From Minisyncoccota bacterium (GTDB lineage Bacteria; Patescibacteriota; Minisyncoccia; Phycocordibacterales; PALSA-1337), in contig JBAZRX010000004.1 of NCBI GenBank assembly GCA_041662725.1, positions 2,668-66,667 of the forward strand: a DNA stretch of 64,000 nt, given 5' to 3'. Below the pieces are notes generated by a model. It ran no database searches. It was not told where the DNA came from and was given only the letters and a program-made list of their open reading frames with translations. Below are positions 10,702 to 19,688 of this stretch, piece after piece. A program made the translations under genes and the position numbers. Each line of letters begins with the position of its first letter. Position 1 is the first letter of the stretch.

Positions 10702-11397
10702 TTAAGCTTTTTTATCACCCTTTTCGCCACCTTTAGATTCTGCAGGATTACCTGTGGCAGGAGCGGCTTCTCCATCTTTCAATTCTTTGCCTTTAGCTTC
10801 AACTTCAATTGCTGTCATATCAATTGCGGCAGGAGCTTCCTCAACTTCTTCCTTGGCGACGGCTATAGAAGCAATAACTTCCTCAGGATTAATCTTTAAT
10901 TCTACACCAGCTGGAATAGGTAGATTTTTTGCCAAAATAACATCTGTAAGTTCTACAAGAGCGGAAATATCTACTTTAATATTTTGAGGTAAATCACGAG
11001 GAGCGGCTTCAATCTCAACATCACGGCGAACTTTGACGAGAATACCGGCTTTGTCTTTTACAGCAGAAGAAATACCTTCAAATATAAGAGGAACAGCGAC
11101 TTCAACCTTTTTACCTTTCTCAATAACATAGAAATCAGCATGACGAGGTTCATCGGTAATAGGATGAACGTCAACTTCGTGAATTAGGGCTTCATGTTCA
11201 TTACCAGCGGTATCTTTTAGGATAATAACTGATGATTCACCAGCCTTTTTCCAAATCTTTTTGAATTCAACTGTTGAAACAAGAATAGGAGTAGAAGTCT
11301 CTTTTGGACCATAGAAAATAGCTGGGATTTTGCCAGTTTTCCTGACAGCATCCGCTCTGGCTTTCATATCTCGCTTTTCTATGGCTAAAGATAACAT
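10702..11397 (-). CDS. rplY: 50S ribosomal protein L25 (Ctc form)
   Basis: GKIPAIFYGP, HPITDEPRHADFY, long acidic C-terminal tail. Confidence 0.95.
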   Translation of the reverse strand: MLSLAIEKRDMKARADAVRKTGKIPAIFYGPKETSTPILVSTVEFKKIWKKAGESSVIILKDTAGNEHEALIHEVDVHPITDEPRHADFYVIEKGKKVEVAVPLIFEGISSAVKDKAGILVKVRRDVEIEAAPRDLPQNIKVDISALVELTDVILAKNLPIPAGVELKINPEEVIASIAVAKEEVEEAPAAIDMTAIEVEAKGKELKDGEAAPATGNPAESKGGEKGDKKA

Positions 11398-11438
11398 GCG
11401 GACTATTATACATGATGGAAGAAATTAGTCTAGGGTCT

Positions 11439-11453
11439 GAGGCCTGACCTCTA
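11439..11453. repeat. single 13-nt repeat monomer overlapping a stop codon
   Basis: gaggcctgacctc followed by ta; overlaps the TAG stop of the pilin-fusion gene. Confidence 0.7.
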
Positions 11454-14369
11454 GAAAACCTTAAATATCTGCATTGTATTGGAGCTACTATTTGTTACAT
11501 ATGCATAATTACCGGAGACATAGACTGAAGACGGACTTGAACCGGTATTAAACGTTTTATAAGTAACAGGCGCGACAGGATTGGATACGTTTATCATCTG
11601 TAAAGTATTTGAAGTAGAATTTACTACAAAGGCATAACCATTGGAAACATAAACTTCTGTTGGGTTAGTGCCTGTGTTAACAGTACCAACAACAGTAGGT
11701 ACAGCAGGATTAGATATATTAAATATCTGCATATTATTAGAAACCATATTTGTCACATAAGCATAATTACCGGAGATATAGAGGCCTTCTGAATTTCCGC
11801 TTGTTGGAACCGAAGCAGTAACTGGAACACAATTACTACAAAATGGATCTGACATATCAAACACTTGCATTGTCTTAGACATTGTATTTACTACGTACGC
11901 GTAATTATTAGAAACCTTTACTTGCCATGGATATAGATCAGTCCATTGAAAACTCGCAGACCAAGGTGGATTTGCGGCTAAATAGAATACTTCCAATGAA
12001 TCTTCTTCCATGTTTGTTACATAGGCATAACCATTGGAAACATAAATTGAAGCTGGATAACGTCGGGTATCAATAGTATAGAGAACAGTAGGTGAAGCTG
12101 GATTGGTTATATCTATTTCCTGTATGGTCATAGAGTTAATATTTGCTACATATGCACGAGTACCGTAAATATAAACAGAAAATGGAGCTAAACCAGTATT
12201 AACACTACCAACAACTGTAGGTGAAGCTGGATTGGAAATATTTATAACCTGCATTGTATTAGAGCTGTTATTTACTACATAAGCATAATTACCAGAAACG
12301 TGAACTGAATTTGGACTAGAGCCAGTATTAACTGTACCAACAGCACTGCCTGGACTTGGTGTAGGCGTTACTGTAGGAGTTGGAGTAGGAGTAGGAGTAG
12401 GAGTCGCATCTGGAGTCACAAAAGTTGGTGTAAGTGCAATTACTTGTACATTATTAGAATCATTGTTTACCACATAGGCGTTACCGTCAATAATGATAAT
12501 ACCTGACGGGTTCGCACCTGTAGCAACCGTACTTACGCCAACTGGTGAAGCTGGATTGGATACATCAATGATATAGATTGAATTAGAATTACCATTTGTT
12601 ACGAAGATATAGTTACCTGATTTATCAACGGCTGTTGGATTTGATCCTGTATTGGCGGTACCAATAACTGTAGGGTTAGATGGATTAGATACATTTATAA
12701 TTTGTACTGTATTAGAACCACTATTTACTACATATAAAGTACCGGTATCAACTAAAGGATATACTGGACCTGAACCAGTATTAACAGTGCCAACAACTGT
12801 AGGCGAGGCTGGATTGGAAACATTTATCACTTGTACGGTGTTGGAATCAGTATTTGTTACATATACATAATCGCCATCCTTATCAATTCCTGTTGGACCT
12901 GAACCTGTAGCAACAGTACCAACAACTGTAGGCGAGGCTGGATTGGAAACATTTATCACTTGTACGGTATTAGAGTCATTGTTTGTTACATAAACATAAT
13001 TTCCAGATACAACTACATCTGTTGGAGCTAAACCAGTGTTAACACTACCAACTACAGTAGGACTACTTGGATTGGAAATATTTATTACTTGTACGGTGTT
13101 GGAATCGGTATTTGCTACGTATGCATAATTACCAGAAGTATCAATTCCTGTTGGACCTGAAATAGTTGTAACTGTACCAACAATAGTAGGACTACTTGGA
13201 TTGGAAATATTTATTACTTGTACGGTATTAGCATCATGATTTGTTACATATACATAATTACCAGAGACATCAATAGCTGTTGAACCTGAACCAGTACCAA
13301 CACTACCAATAATCGTACCGCCTGGATTTGCTGTAAAGATCAAAGTTACAGGATCGCTAGCTGGAGTATTTCCTACAGCGGCTATTCTAACTACTAGAGT
13401 GTGATTTCCATTAAGGTCTATAGTATTGAAAATTGTAGCTTCATAAGGTGTGTATGTAGTAGCGCCATCAAGTTTATATTCCATTGCTGTAGTTAATCCT
13501 GAAATAGTGTTTACAGCATCATCAATTGTTAGCGTTGGAGCTGATGGCGGTGGTGGATTTGTAGTAAAGGTGAATGTTACTGGATCACTAGCAGGAGTCT
13601 CTCCTACTGCGGCTATTCTTATCAATAAAATATGATCTCCGCTAAGACTTACACTGCTATCAAATTGTGCTTGGTTCTGAAAAGGAACGTATATCGCATT
13701 ATCAAGTTTATATTCCATAGCTGTAGTCAACCCAGAAACAGTATTCGTAAAATCGTTCATTGTTAGGACTGGCGGTGAAGGTTTCTGACCTGGATTCAAA
13801 GTAGGTGCAGGAGTAGGTACAGGAGTAGATGAAACAATTGAATCAACATCGTAATGAGTATTATTATCACTTAACACTGCACCAAATACAGCTTTAACTG
13901 CACCAGGATTGGAGTAAACAAATGAATTTTTACCATCAGCTGACCTAGGAATAACAGATAGGATACCGGCATCAACCAACTGCTGCATACTTTTTGTATA
14001 TGCAGGAGTACCTTCTGCGAATGGACCAGCGCTACAGGTGCCACCATCAGCAGAACTTGTACAAGCATAACCTTCTGCATCAGTAGAATTACCTGGTGCA
14101 TCACCCACGTTCATTGTATATAGTTTTATAGCGTTTTCTATCGTCTTAACTTCCATCATCTTTTGAGTGTCAACTGTTTTTGTTCTATAACTAGTTACAG
14201 AAGCTAAAACAACTGATGCAAGTGTTCCGATTATGGAGACAACTACAAGAATCTCAATAAGACTAAAGCCGTTCTTCTGAGAAAATAATCTCTTCTCAAG
14301 ACTTTCGCTTCGCTTCATCTGAGTTTCTCTGGTTTTTAATAGTCTGTTTTTAATATTTTTAAAAAACAT
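11451..14369 (-). CDS. type IV pilin-like protein fused to Ig-like repeats and two LVIVD/YncE-type beta-propeller regions
   Basis: GFSLIEILVVVSIIGTLASVV prepilin motif; two SGLTTAMEYKLD repeats; many GNYAYV..NT.QVINISNP.SPTVVG repeats split by a PT linker. Start uncertain (14369 or 14318; ORF is open to 14414). Confidence 0.85.
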   Translation of the reverse strand: MFFKNIKNRLLKTRETQMKRSESLEKRLFSQKNGFSLIEILVVVSIIGTLASVVLASVTSYRTKTVDTQKMMEVKTIENAIKLYTMNVGDAPGNSTDAEGYACTSSADGGTCSAGPFAEGTPAYTKSMQQLVDAGILSVIPRSADGKNSFVYSNPGAVKAVFGAVLSDNNTHYDVDSIVSSTPVPTPAPTLNPGQKPSPPVLTMNDFTNTVSGLTTAMEYKLDNAIYVPFQNQAQFDSSVSLSGDHILLIRIAAVGETPASDPVTFTFTTNPPPPSAPTLTIDDAVNTISGLTTAMEYKLDGATTYTPYEATIFNTIDLNGNHTLVVRIAAVGNTPASDPVTLIFTANPGGTIIGSVGTGSGSTAIDVSGNYVYVTNHDANTVQVINISNPSSPTIVGTVTTISGPTGIDTSGNYAYVANTDSNTVQVINISNPSSPTVVGSVNTGLAPTDVVVSGNYVYVTNNDSNTVQVINVSNPASPTVVGTVATGSGPTGIDKDGDYVYVTNTDSNTVQVINVSNPASPTVVGTVNTGSGPVYPLVDTGTLYVVNSGSNTVQIINVSNPSNPTVIGTANTGSNPTAVDKSGNYIFVTNGNSNSIYIIDVSNPASPVGVSTVATGANPSGIIIIDGNAYVVNNDSNNVQVIALTPTFVTPDATPTPTPTPTPTVTPTPSPGSAVGTVNTGSSPNSVHVSGNYAYVVNNSSNTMQVINISNPASPTVVGSVNTGLAPFSVYIYGTRAYVANINSMTIQEIDITNPASPTVLYTIDTRRYPASIYVSNGYAYVTNMEEDSLEVFYLAANPPWSASFQWTDLYPWQVKVSNNYAYVVNTMSKTMQVFDMSDPFCSNCVPVTASVPTSGNSEGLYISGNYAYVTNMVSNNMQIFNISNPAVPTVVGTVNTGTNPTEVYVSNGYAFVVNSTSNTLQMINVSNPVAPVTYKTFNTGSSPSSVYVSGNYAYVTNSSSNTMQIFKVF

Positions 14370-14580
14370 ATTTAAAAAGCACAAATGTCGTAACAATAAT
14401 GTTAAAGATAACAAAACCTATAAGAACCATTTCAGCGTCTTTTTTTGATTTAATCCCATGAGTCATAAGCCATGCGGAGAAACTAAGTTTATCAGAAGTG
14501 GTTTTGGGAATAATCCTTGGAGGTAGTGGGCCCAAATTCATTTTCTCTTCATCAAATTGTACACCGTCTACTGGAGGCAT
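14359..14580 (-). CDS. small membrane protein
   Basis: 73 aa with a C-terminal TM helix. Confidence 0.65.
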   Translation of the reverse strand: MPPVDGVQFDEEKMNLGPLPPRIIPKTTSDKLSFSAWLMTHGIKSKKDAEMVLIGFVIFNIIVTTFVLFKYVF

Positions 14581-14779
14581 ATTTTTATTATATTAATATT
14601 ATAAAAATTTATTAAAAAAAGTACTTGATCATCATAAAAGTCACAAAGACATTACTTATGAAGGAAGCAGTTAAAATAATATTAGTTGATCTAGGCAACC
14701 TAGACTTCATGTGTATTTTTATTTTCATGCGCTAATTATACACTATTACAATTAAAAAATGGTATGGTATGTTATACAC

Positions 14780-16054
14780 ATGCATAAAAAAGTTGTTTAT
14801 TTTGATAATGCTTCAACTACACCACTAAAAGAGGAGGTCTTTCAAGCAATGCTCCCCTATTTCAAAGACGAATTTGGTAACCCGTCTAATCTCTATGGTA
14901 TGGGAAGAAAAGCTAAACAAGCTATCAATGAAGCAACTTTTAAGATTAGTTCTGCCTTAAATTGTTTACCAGAAGAATTTATCTACACAGGATCAGCAAC
15001 AGAGGCGGATAATTTAGCTATTGCAGGAACAGCTAGAGCTAATAAGAAATATGGTAATAGAATTATTATTTCTGAAGTGGAACATAAAGGTATTCTATCT
15101 GTTTGTGAACAATTAAAAAAAGAAGGCTTTGAGATTGTTCAATTACCTGTAAATAAAGATGGCTTAGTTAGTCTTGAAGCACTTAAGAAAGCCCTTAATG
15201 AAAAAACTATTCTAGTATCAATTACTATGGCGGATAGCGAGACTGGGACAATACAGCCGATAAGAGAGATTGTGAGGATTATTAAGTCTCGAGGCGAGAC
15301 CTCGAGGCCTCGCCTCGAGGCCGATTTAGCAAAATCGCCACTGGGTAGGCCTCGATTTCACACCGATGCTTCGCAAGCCGCTACTTATTTGGATATTAAT
15401 GTGGAAGAACTAGGTGTTGATCTTTTAACTCTCTCAGCTCACAAAATGGGTGGACCAAAAGGTATTGGTGGCCTATATATTAAGCGTGGCACAAATATTG
15501 AGCCAATTATTTATGGTGGTGGCCAGCAAGGTCACTTAAGGTCCGGTACTGAAAATGTACCAGCAATTGCAGGTTTTGGCGTGGCTTTTGGAGAGGCCTC
15601 GCCTCGAGGCCGATTTAGCAAAATCGCCACTGGGAAGGCCTCTAAATTACGTGATCGATTAGAGCGTGGTATTTTTAAGCTTATACCGAAGGTGCGCTTA
15701 AATGGTCACAAAACTAAGCGCTTACCGAATTTCTTAAATGTTTCTATTTTAGATATTGAAGGTGAAGCATTACTTCTTCACTTAGATGAGCTTGGTATTA
15801 TAGTTAATACAGGATCAGCTTGTAATGCAGAAAACCTTAAACCATCGTATGTTCTTACGGCTATGGGTAATCCTTATGAATTTGTTCATGGTAGTATTAG
15901 GTTTACTTTAGGAGAAAATAATACAATTAAAGATGTGGATTACGTGCTTAAACATTTACCAAATATTGTAAAAAAGTTAAGGGCTATTTCGCCGTTAAAT
16001 CTCGAGGCCTCGCCTCGAGGCGAGGCCTCGAAAAACCATGTCAAAAAATGCTAA
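14780..16054 (+). CDS. iscS: cysteine desulfurase (IscS/NifS) carrying three in-frame repeat insertions
   Basis: YFDNASTTP, HTDASQ, SAHKMGGPKG, TGSAC; start moved to the ATG 6 nt after TGgTATGTT. Confidence 0.95.
   Translation: MHKKVVYFDNASTTPLKEEVFQAMLPYFKDEFGNPSNLYGMGRKAKQAINEATFKISSALNCLPEEFIYTGSATEADNLAIAGTARANKKYGNRIIISEVEHKGILSVCEQLKKEGFEIVQLPVNKDGLVSLEALKKALNEKTILVSITMADSETGTIQPIREIVRIIKSRGETSRPRLEADLAKSPLGRPRFHTDASQAATYLDINVEELGVDLLTLSAHKMGGPKGIGGLYIKRGTNIEPIIYGGGQQGHLRSGTENVPAIAGFGVAFGEASPRGRFSKIATGKASKLRDRLERGIFKLIPKVRLNGHKTKRLPNFLNVSILDIEGEALLLHLDELGIIVNTGSACNAENLKPSYVLTAMGNPYEFVHGSIRFTLGENNTIKDVDYVLKHLPNIVKKLRAISPLNLEASPRGEASKNHVKKC
15291..15353. repeat. in-frame repeat array (13+13+37 = 63 nt) in iscS
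   Basis: Encodes [21 protein letters not shown] just before FHTDA. Confidence 0.95.
15593..15642. repeat. in-frame repeat array (13+37 nt) in iscS
   Basis: Encodes [17 protein letters not shown]. Confidence 0.95.
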
Positions 16055-16082
16055 ATCAAAGGAGGCCTCGAGGCCTCGCCTC
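16004..16082. repeat. repeat arrays at the iscS C-terminus (16004-16029) and iscU N-terminus (16062-16082)
   Basis: Encode EASPRGEAS and EASRPRL. Confidence 0.92.
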
Positions 16083-16739
16083 GATGTAATCAATAAAAAT
16101 ACAGGTAATTCCTGGGCGTATTCAAAGATTGTACGTGAGCATTTTTTCAAACCACGTAATCTTCTTTTGGAAGATCCTAAAGATATTTCAAAGAAATTAA
16201 AAAAATATAATGCTGAAGGCATGGTTGGATCACCTGCTTGTGGTGATGTTATGCGTATTTGGTTAAAAATAGATGCTAAAAAAGATAAGATTGAAGAATT
16301 TAAATGGCGTACATTCGGTTGTGCATCGGCTATTGCCGCCACCTCAATGCTTTCTGTTATGGTTACAGAAAAAGGAGGTATGAAGATAGAAAAAGCTTTA
16401 AAAATTCGCCCTCAAGATATTATGAAGCGTTTGGGCGGACTTCCTGATAGAAAGATTCATTGTTCTGTACTTGGTGATAAAGCTCTTCGAGCGGCAATAA
16501 ATAATTGGTTCAAAAAAACCGAGCAATTTAGTCGGGTAATTGTTGATGGTGCTAAAGTACTTGATCCTAATACCAAAACAACAGAAGCTGATATTGAAGA
16601 AGCTGTCTTGGAAGGTGCGACAACGTTAGAAGCTGTACAGAAAATTACTAAAGTTGGTATTGGTTATCCGGAATGTTTACCTGCGGTTGAGGAATTAATT
16701 AGATTTTATAGAGAGAAGTATTTTAAGAAAAGCTTCTAA
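16038..16739 (+). CDS. iscU: Fe-S scaffold IscU/NifU-N with C-terminal BFD-like domain
   Basis: GSPACGDVM, FGCASAIA, KIHCS; overlaps the end of iscS. Confidence 0.9.
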   Translation: MSKNAKSKEASRPRLDVINKNTGNSWAYSKIVREHFFKPRNLLLEDPKDISKKLKKYNAEGMVGSPACGDVMRIWLKIDAKKDKIEEFKWRTFGCASAIAATSMLSVMVTEKGGMKIEKALKIRPQDIMKRLGGLPDRKIHCSVLGDKALRAAINNWFKKTEQFSRVIVDGAKVLDPNTKTTEADIEEAVLEGATTLEAVQKITKVGIGYPECLPAVEELIRFYREKYFKKSF

Positions 16740-16790
16740 AATACGAGGCGACTTAGTAAGTGAGCCTGATGGCGAGCCATATGTTTCTTC

Positions 16791-16858
16791 GAGGCCTACC
16801 CAGTGGCGATTTTGCTAAATCGGCCCCGAGACGAGGCCTCGAGGTCAGGTCTCGCCTC
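16791..16858. repeat. intergenic repeat array (37-nt module plus 13-mers)
   Basis: gaggcctacccagtggcgattttgctaaatcggcccc-gagacgaggcctc-gaggtcaggtctc. Confidence 0.92.
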
Positions 16859-16930
16859 GGGATTGTAAGCTGTTAGATTTAACGTATAATAAAGTGGTAA
16901 GACTTCTTATAACTTAAAAAATAAAATAAT

Positions 16931-17191
16931 ATGGCAAATCAAAAAGAGTATATTCGCAATCGTGCAGATTCTAAAATTAGCAAAATAGTTGTTGATCGTG
17001 ATCTTTGCATTGGAGCTGCTTCTTGCATTGCAGTTTCTGGAGAGACTTATGAATTGGATAATGAAAATAAGGCTGTAGTAACAGGCGCTGATGCTGCTGA
17101 CGATTCAACTTTAATGATGTCTGCTGAATCTTGCCCAACCAAAGCAGTTCTACTTTTTGACAAAGAAGGAAGAAAAGTTTATCCGAAATAA
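16931..17191 (+). CDS. ferredoxin (single-cluster type)
   Basis: DRDLCIGAASCIA...AESCPTKA. Confidence 0.9.
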   Translation: MANQKEYIRNRADSKISKIVVDRDLCIGAASCIAVSGETYELDNENKAVVTGADAADDSTLMMSAESCPTKAVLLFDKEGRKVYPK

Positions 17192-17251
17192 TCGTTGGTA
17201 AAATAGACATTTCATTTCTTTTGATGAATCTCTACAAAGAATTTTACATTA

Positions 17252-18571
17252 ATGAATCAATATAAATATTTAATAATTGGCGGTGGTGCGGCGGGGATTT
17301 CAGCAGCTGAAACTATCAGACAAACAGATAAAGAAGGTTCGATGGCAATTATTTCTGATGAGCCACATCCTTTATATTCGCGCGTAATGCTTTCTAAACC
17401 CAATTTCTTTCTGGGCCAAATTCCCTTTGAGCAAATATATTTGAAAAGTAAGGATTGGTATTCAACAAATAAAATAGATTTCTTGGGTGGAAAAAAGGCC
17501 GTGGGACTAAACACCTCAGAAAACCAACTAACTCTTTCAGATGGCTCATCTGTTTATTATGAGAAATTACTGATAGCAACTGGCGTAGACGCTCGTCCAT
17601 GGACTGTAAAAGGATCCGATAAAAAAGGTATTCACTATTTACGAAACTTGGAAGATGGTATCGGAATAATGGAAGCTATTAAAAACCTCGAGGCGAGGCC
17701 TCGAGGCCTCGCCTCGAGGGCTATTACTATTGGCGGTGGATTTATCAGTTTCGAAATGGCTGATTTACTCAAAATGGCAGGACTTGAGACAACGATGATC
17801 TTGCGAGAATCATATTTCTGGGAACCAATACTGGATGAAGCATCAGGACTTATGCTTGAAAACGCTATGATTAAAGCTGGAGTTAAAATTATTAAAAATT
17901 ATGAAGTGACCGAAGTATTGGGTAGAGAAAAAGTTGAAGGTGTTCGAGGCGAGGCCTCGAGGCCTGACCTCGAGGCCTCGCCTCGAGAACTTTCCTGCGA
18001 TATGATCATTTGCGGCATTGGTGTTGTTAACCCTATCGAATGGCTGTTAAAGAATGGTATCGCCACCAATAAAGGTGTTTTGACCAATGAATTCATGGAA
18101 ACCAATGTTCCTAATATCTGGTCAGCTGGAGATATAGCCGAATATAGGGACATCTTACTCGAAGAAAATGTTCAGATGGGCAATTGGGTTAGTGCCAGAG
18201 AACAAGGACGTATCGCTGGTTTGAATATGGTTCGTGATTCGATTGCTTCTTCAGAGAATTCAGTCGAGGCTTCAAATAAACAAGCTTTTAAGTTTGTTTC
18301 TTTCTATACAACTCAAGGTTTTGGTACTAGTATCGCTTTTATTGGAGATGTTACACCCAAACCAGACAGAACTATAATCAAAAGAGGTTCACCGGAAATC
18401 AATTCGTATGCCCGTTTTATCATCGCTCATGATGAGATCGAAGGTGCTACCCTCATCAATCGAAACTTAGAAATGACTACTATTTCCAAATTAATTGAAA
18501 GTAATATGAAGGTTTCAGAACATGTAAAAGAGATTGAGGATGTTAACTTTGATTTGAAGAGGTTGGTTTAG
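17252..18571 (+). CDS. FAD-dependent NAD(P)H:ferredoxin/rubredoxin oxidoreductase with two repeat insertions
   Basis: GGGAAG, ATG, GGGFIS, SAGD motifs. Confidence 0.9.
   Translation: MNQYKYLIIGGGAAGISAAETIRQTDKEGSMAIISDEPHPLYSRVMLSKPNFFLGQIPFEQIYLKSKDWYSTNKIDFLGGKKAVGLNTSENQLTLSDGSSVYYEKLLIATGVDARPWTVKGSDKKGIHYLRNLEDGIGIMEAIKNLEARPRGLASRAITIGGGFISFEMADLLKMAGLETTMILRESYFWEPILDEASGLMLENAMIKAGVKIIKNYEVTEVLGREKVEGVRGEASRPDLEASPRELSCDMIICGIGVVNPIEWLLKNGIATNKGVLTNEFMETNVPNIWSAGDIAEYRDILLEENVQMGNWVSAREQGRIAGLNMVRDSIASSENSVEASNKQAFKFVSFYTTQGFGTSIAFIGDVTPKPDRTIIKRGSPEINSYARFIIAHDEIEGATLINRNLEMTTISKLIESNMKVSEHVKEIEDVNFDLKRLV
17686..17719. repeat. in-frame 34-bp perfect palindrome
   Basis: cctcgaggcgaggcctcgaggcctcgcctcgagg; encodes [11 protein letters not shown]. 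Confidence 0.95.
17946..17984. repeat. in-frame 3x13-nt array
   Basis: Encodes [14 protein letters not shown]. Confidence 0.95.
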
Positions 18572-18626
18572 TATCTTTACAGTGGGTCTTCTCGTTTTTT
18601 TATCCGGGCGGGGTTTCCTGGGATAT

Positions 18627-18656
18627 AAAAAATGCTCGCCAACAATGGCGAGCAAT
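18627..18656 (-). terminator. intrinsic terminator
   Basis: A-run plus tgctcgcca-acaa-tggcgagca hairpin. Confidence 0.7.
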
Positions 18657-18681
18657 TTGTAAATACATGTAATTTAAAGAC

Positions 18682-19401
18682 CTATGATGATAAGTAAGCA
18701 ACTGATACTGGTCTTTCATCACGAGCGCACCCTTTAGGTGAAAGAATTCTCAATCTAAATGGCAAATTGTTTCGACAAAATGAGCAATTGATGCTGTTTA
18801 CTTTAGCCGCATAACCACAACCACCCATCTCTATATTATTTTTGACTACTTTACAAAGTGGTTGATTAGGCGACTTTTGTAATGATAGCAATGTATCTTT
18901 CTCATCATTCCTCCAGTCGGCCTTGAGGATTTCCGACCATTCATTATCAGTAATATTGTGCTCAGATAAACGTTCAGCTTCGAGTTGATTGAGTGATTTG
19001 GTCGTATACTTTCTTGTGTAATCACATTCAACACCTTCTTTTGCAAGGGCGTGTGCAAACAATACATGACTCTTTGTTCCAACATCAGGCTGTACATAAA
19101 ATTCATGATGTGATCTGGATTTGATCATTTCAATATTTGAGATTCTCATATTACTCAACATTCTTGAAATTCGCATCCTACAATTATGGTTGCTGATTCC
19201 TAATAGAATACGATTTAAAACAGACTCATCATTCAACATGTTATGAGTGTTATAACTTTCTGATCCGCCGCAAGTCACATTAACTGTTAGATTTAACTTA
19301 ATCTCAACAGATTGACCACTTGACAGTAAACCCTTATCAACAAACCATTGTGAGACATGAGCACGAAGCTCAGATAACAGCTGTTCATTCAATATAATCA
19401 T
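18682..19401 (-). CDS. hypothetical protein with possible RNA polymerase alpha-CTD-like (HhH) domain
   Basis: RISRMLSNMRISNIEMI...PDVGTKSHVLFAHALAKEGV resembles alpha-CTD; AAGGA SD before ATG 19401 and TTGACA upstream. Confidence 0.55.
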   Translation of the reverse strand: MIILNEQLLSELRAHVSQWFVDKGLLSSGQSVEIKLNLTVNVTCGGSESYNTHNMLNDESVLNRILLGISNHNCRMRISRMLSNMRISNIEMIKSRSHHEFYVQPDVGTKSHVLFAHALAKEGVECDYTRKYTTKSLNQLEAERLSEHNITDNEWSEILKADWRNDEKDTLLSLQKSPNQPLCKVVKNNIEMGGCGYAAKVNSINCSFCRNNLPFRLRILSPKGCARDERPVSVAYLSS

Positions 19402-19466
19402 TTTAATGTTCCTTCTCTTCAATTAATCTATATTAACCGTAACCTTTAATGACATTATTGTCAAAT

Positions 19467-19495
19467 AAAAAATGCTCGTCAGCGGAGACGAGCAT
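19467..19495 (-). terminator. intrinsic terminator
   Basis: A-run plus atgctcgtc-agcgga-gacgagcat. Confidence 0.7.
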
Positions 19496-19688
19496 GTATG
19501 CTTGACTTACCTAACAACGACAGGATCGCACGCTACTAATCCCGTCTAACTCATCTACCAGAGATAATAATACTCTGAAAGAAAAAATATGCAATAAAAA
19601 ATCTCCTCCGTTTTTATTCGTAAATCTTCCATACTAAACTTTAGAGAACCGAAATCTCGAACTAAGCTCAATAATCAATTGCAAAAAA

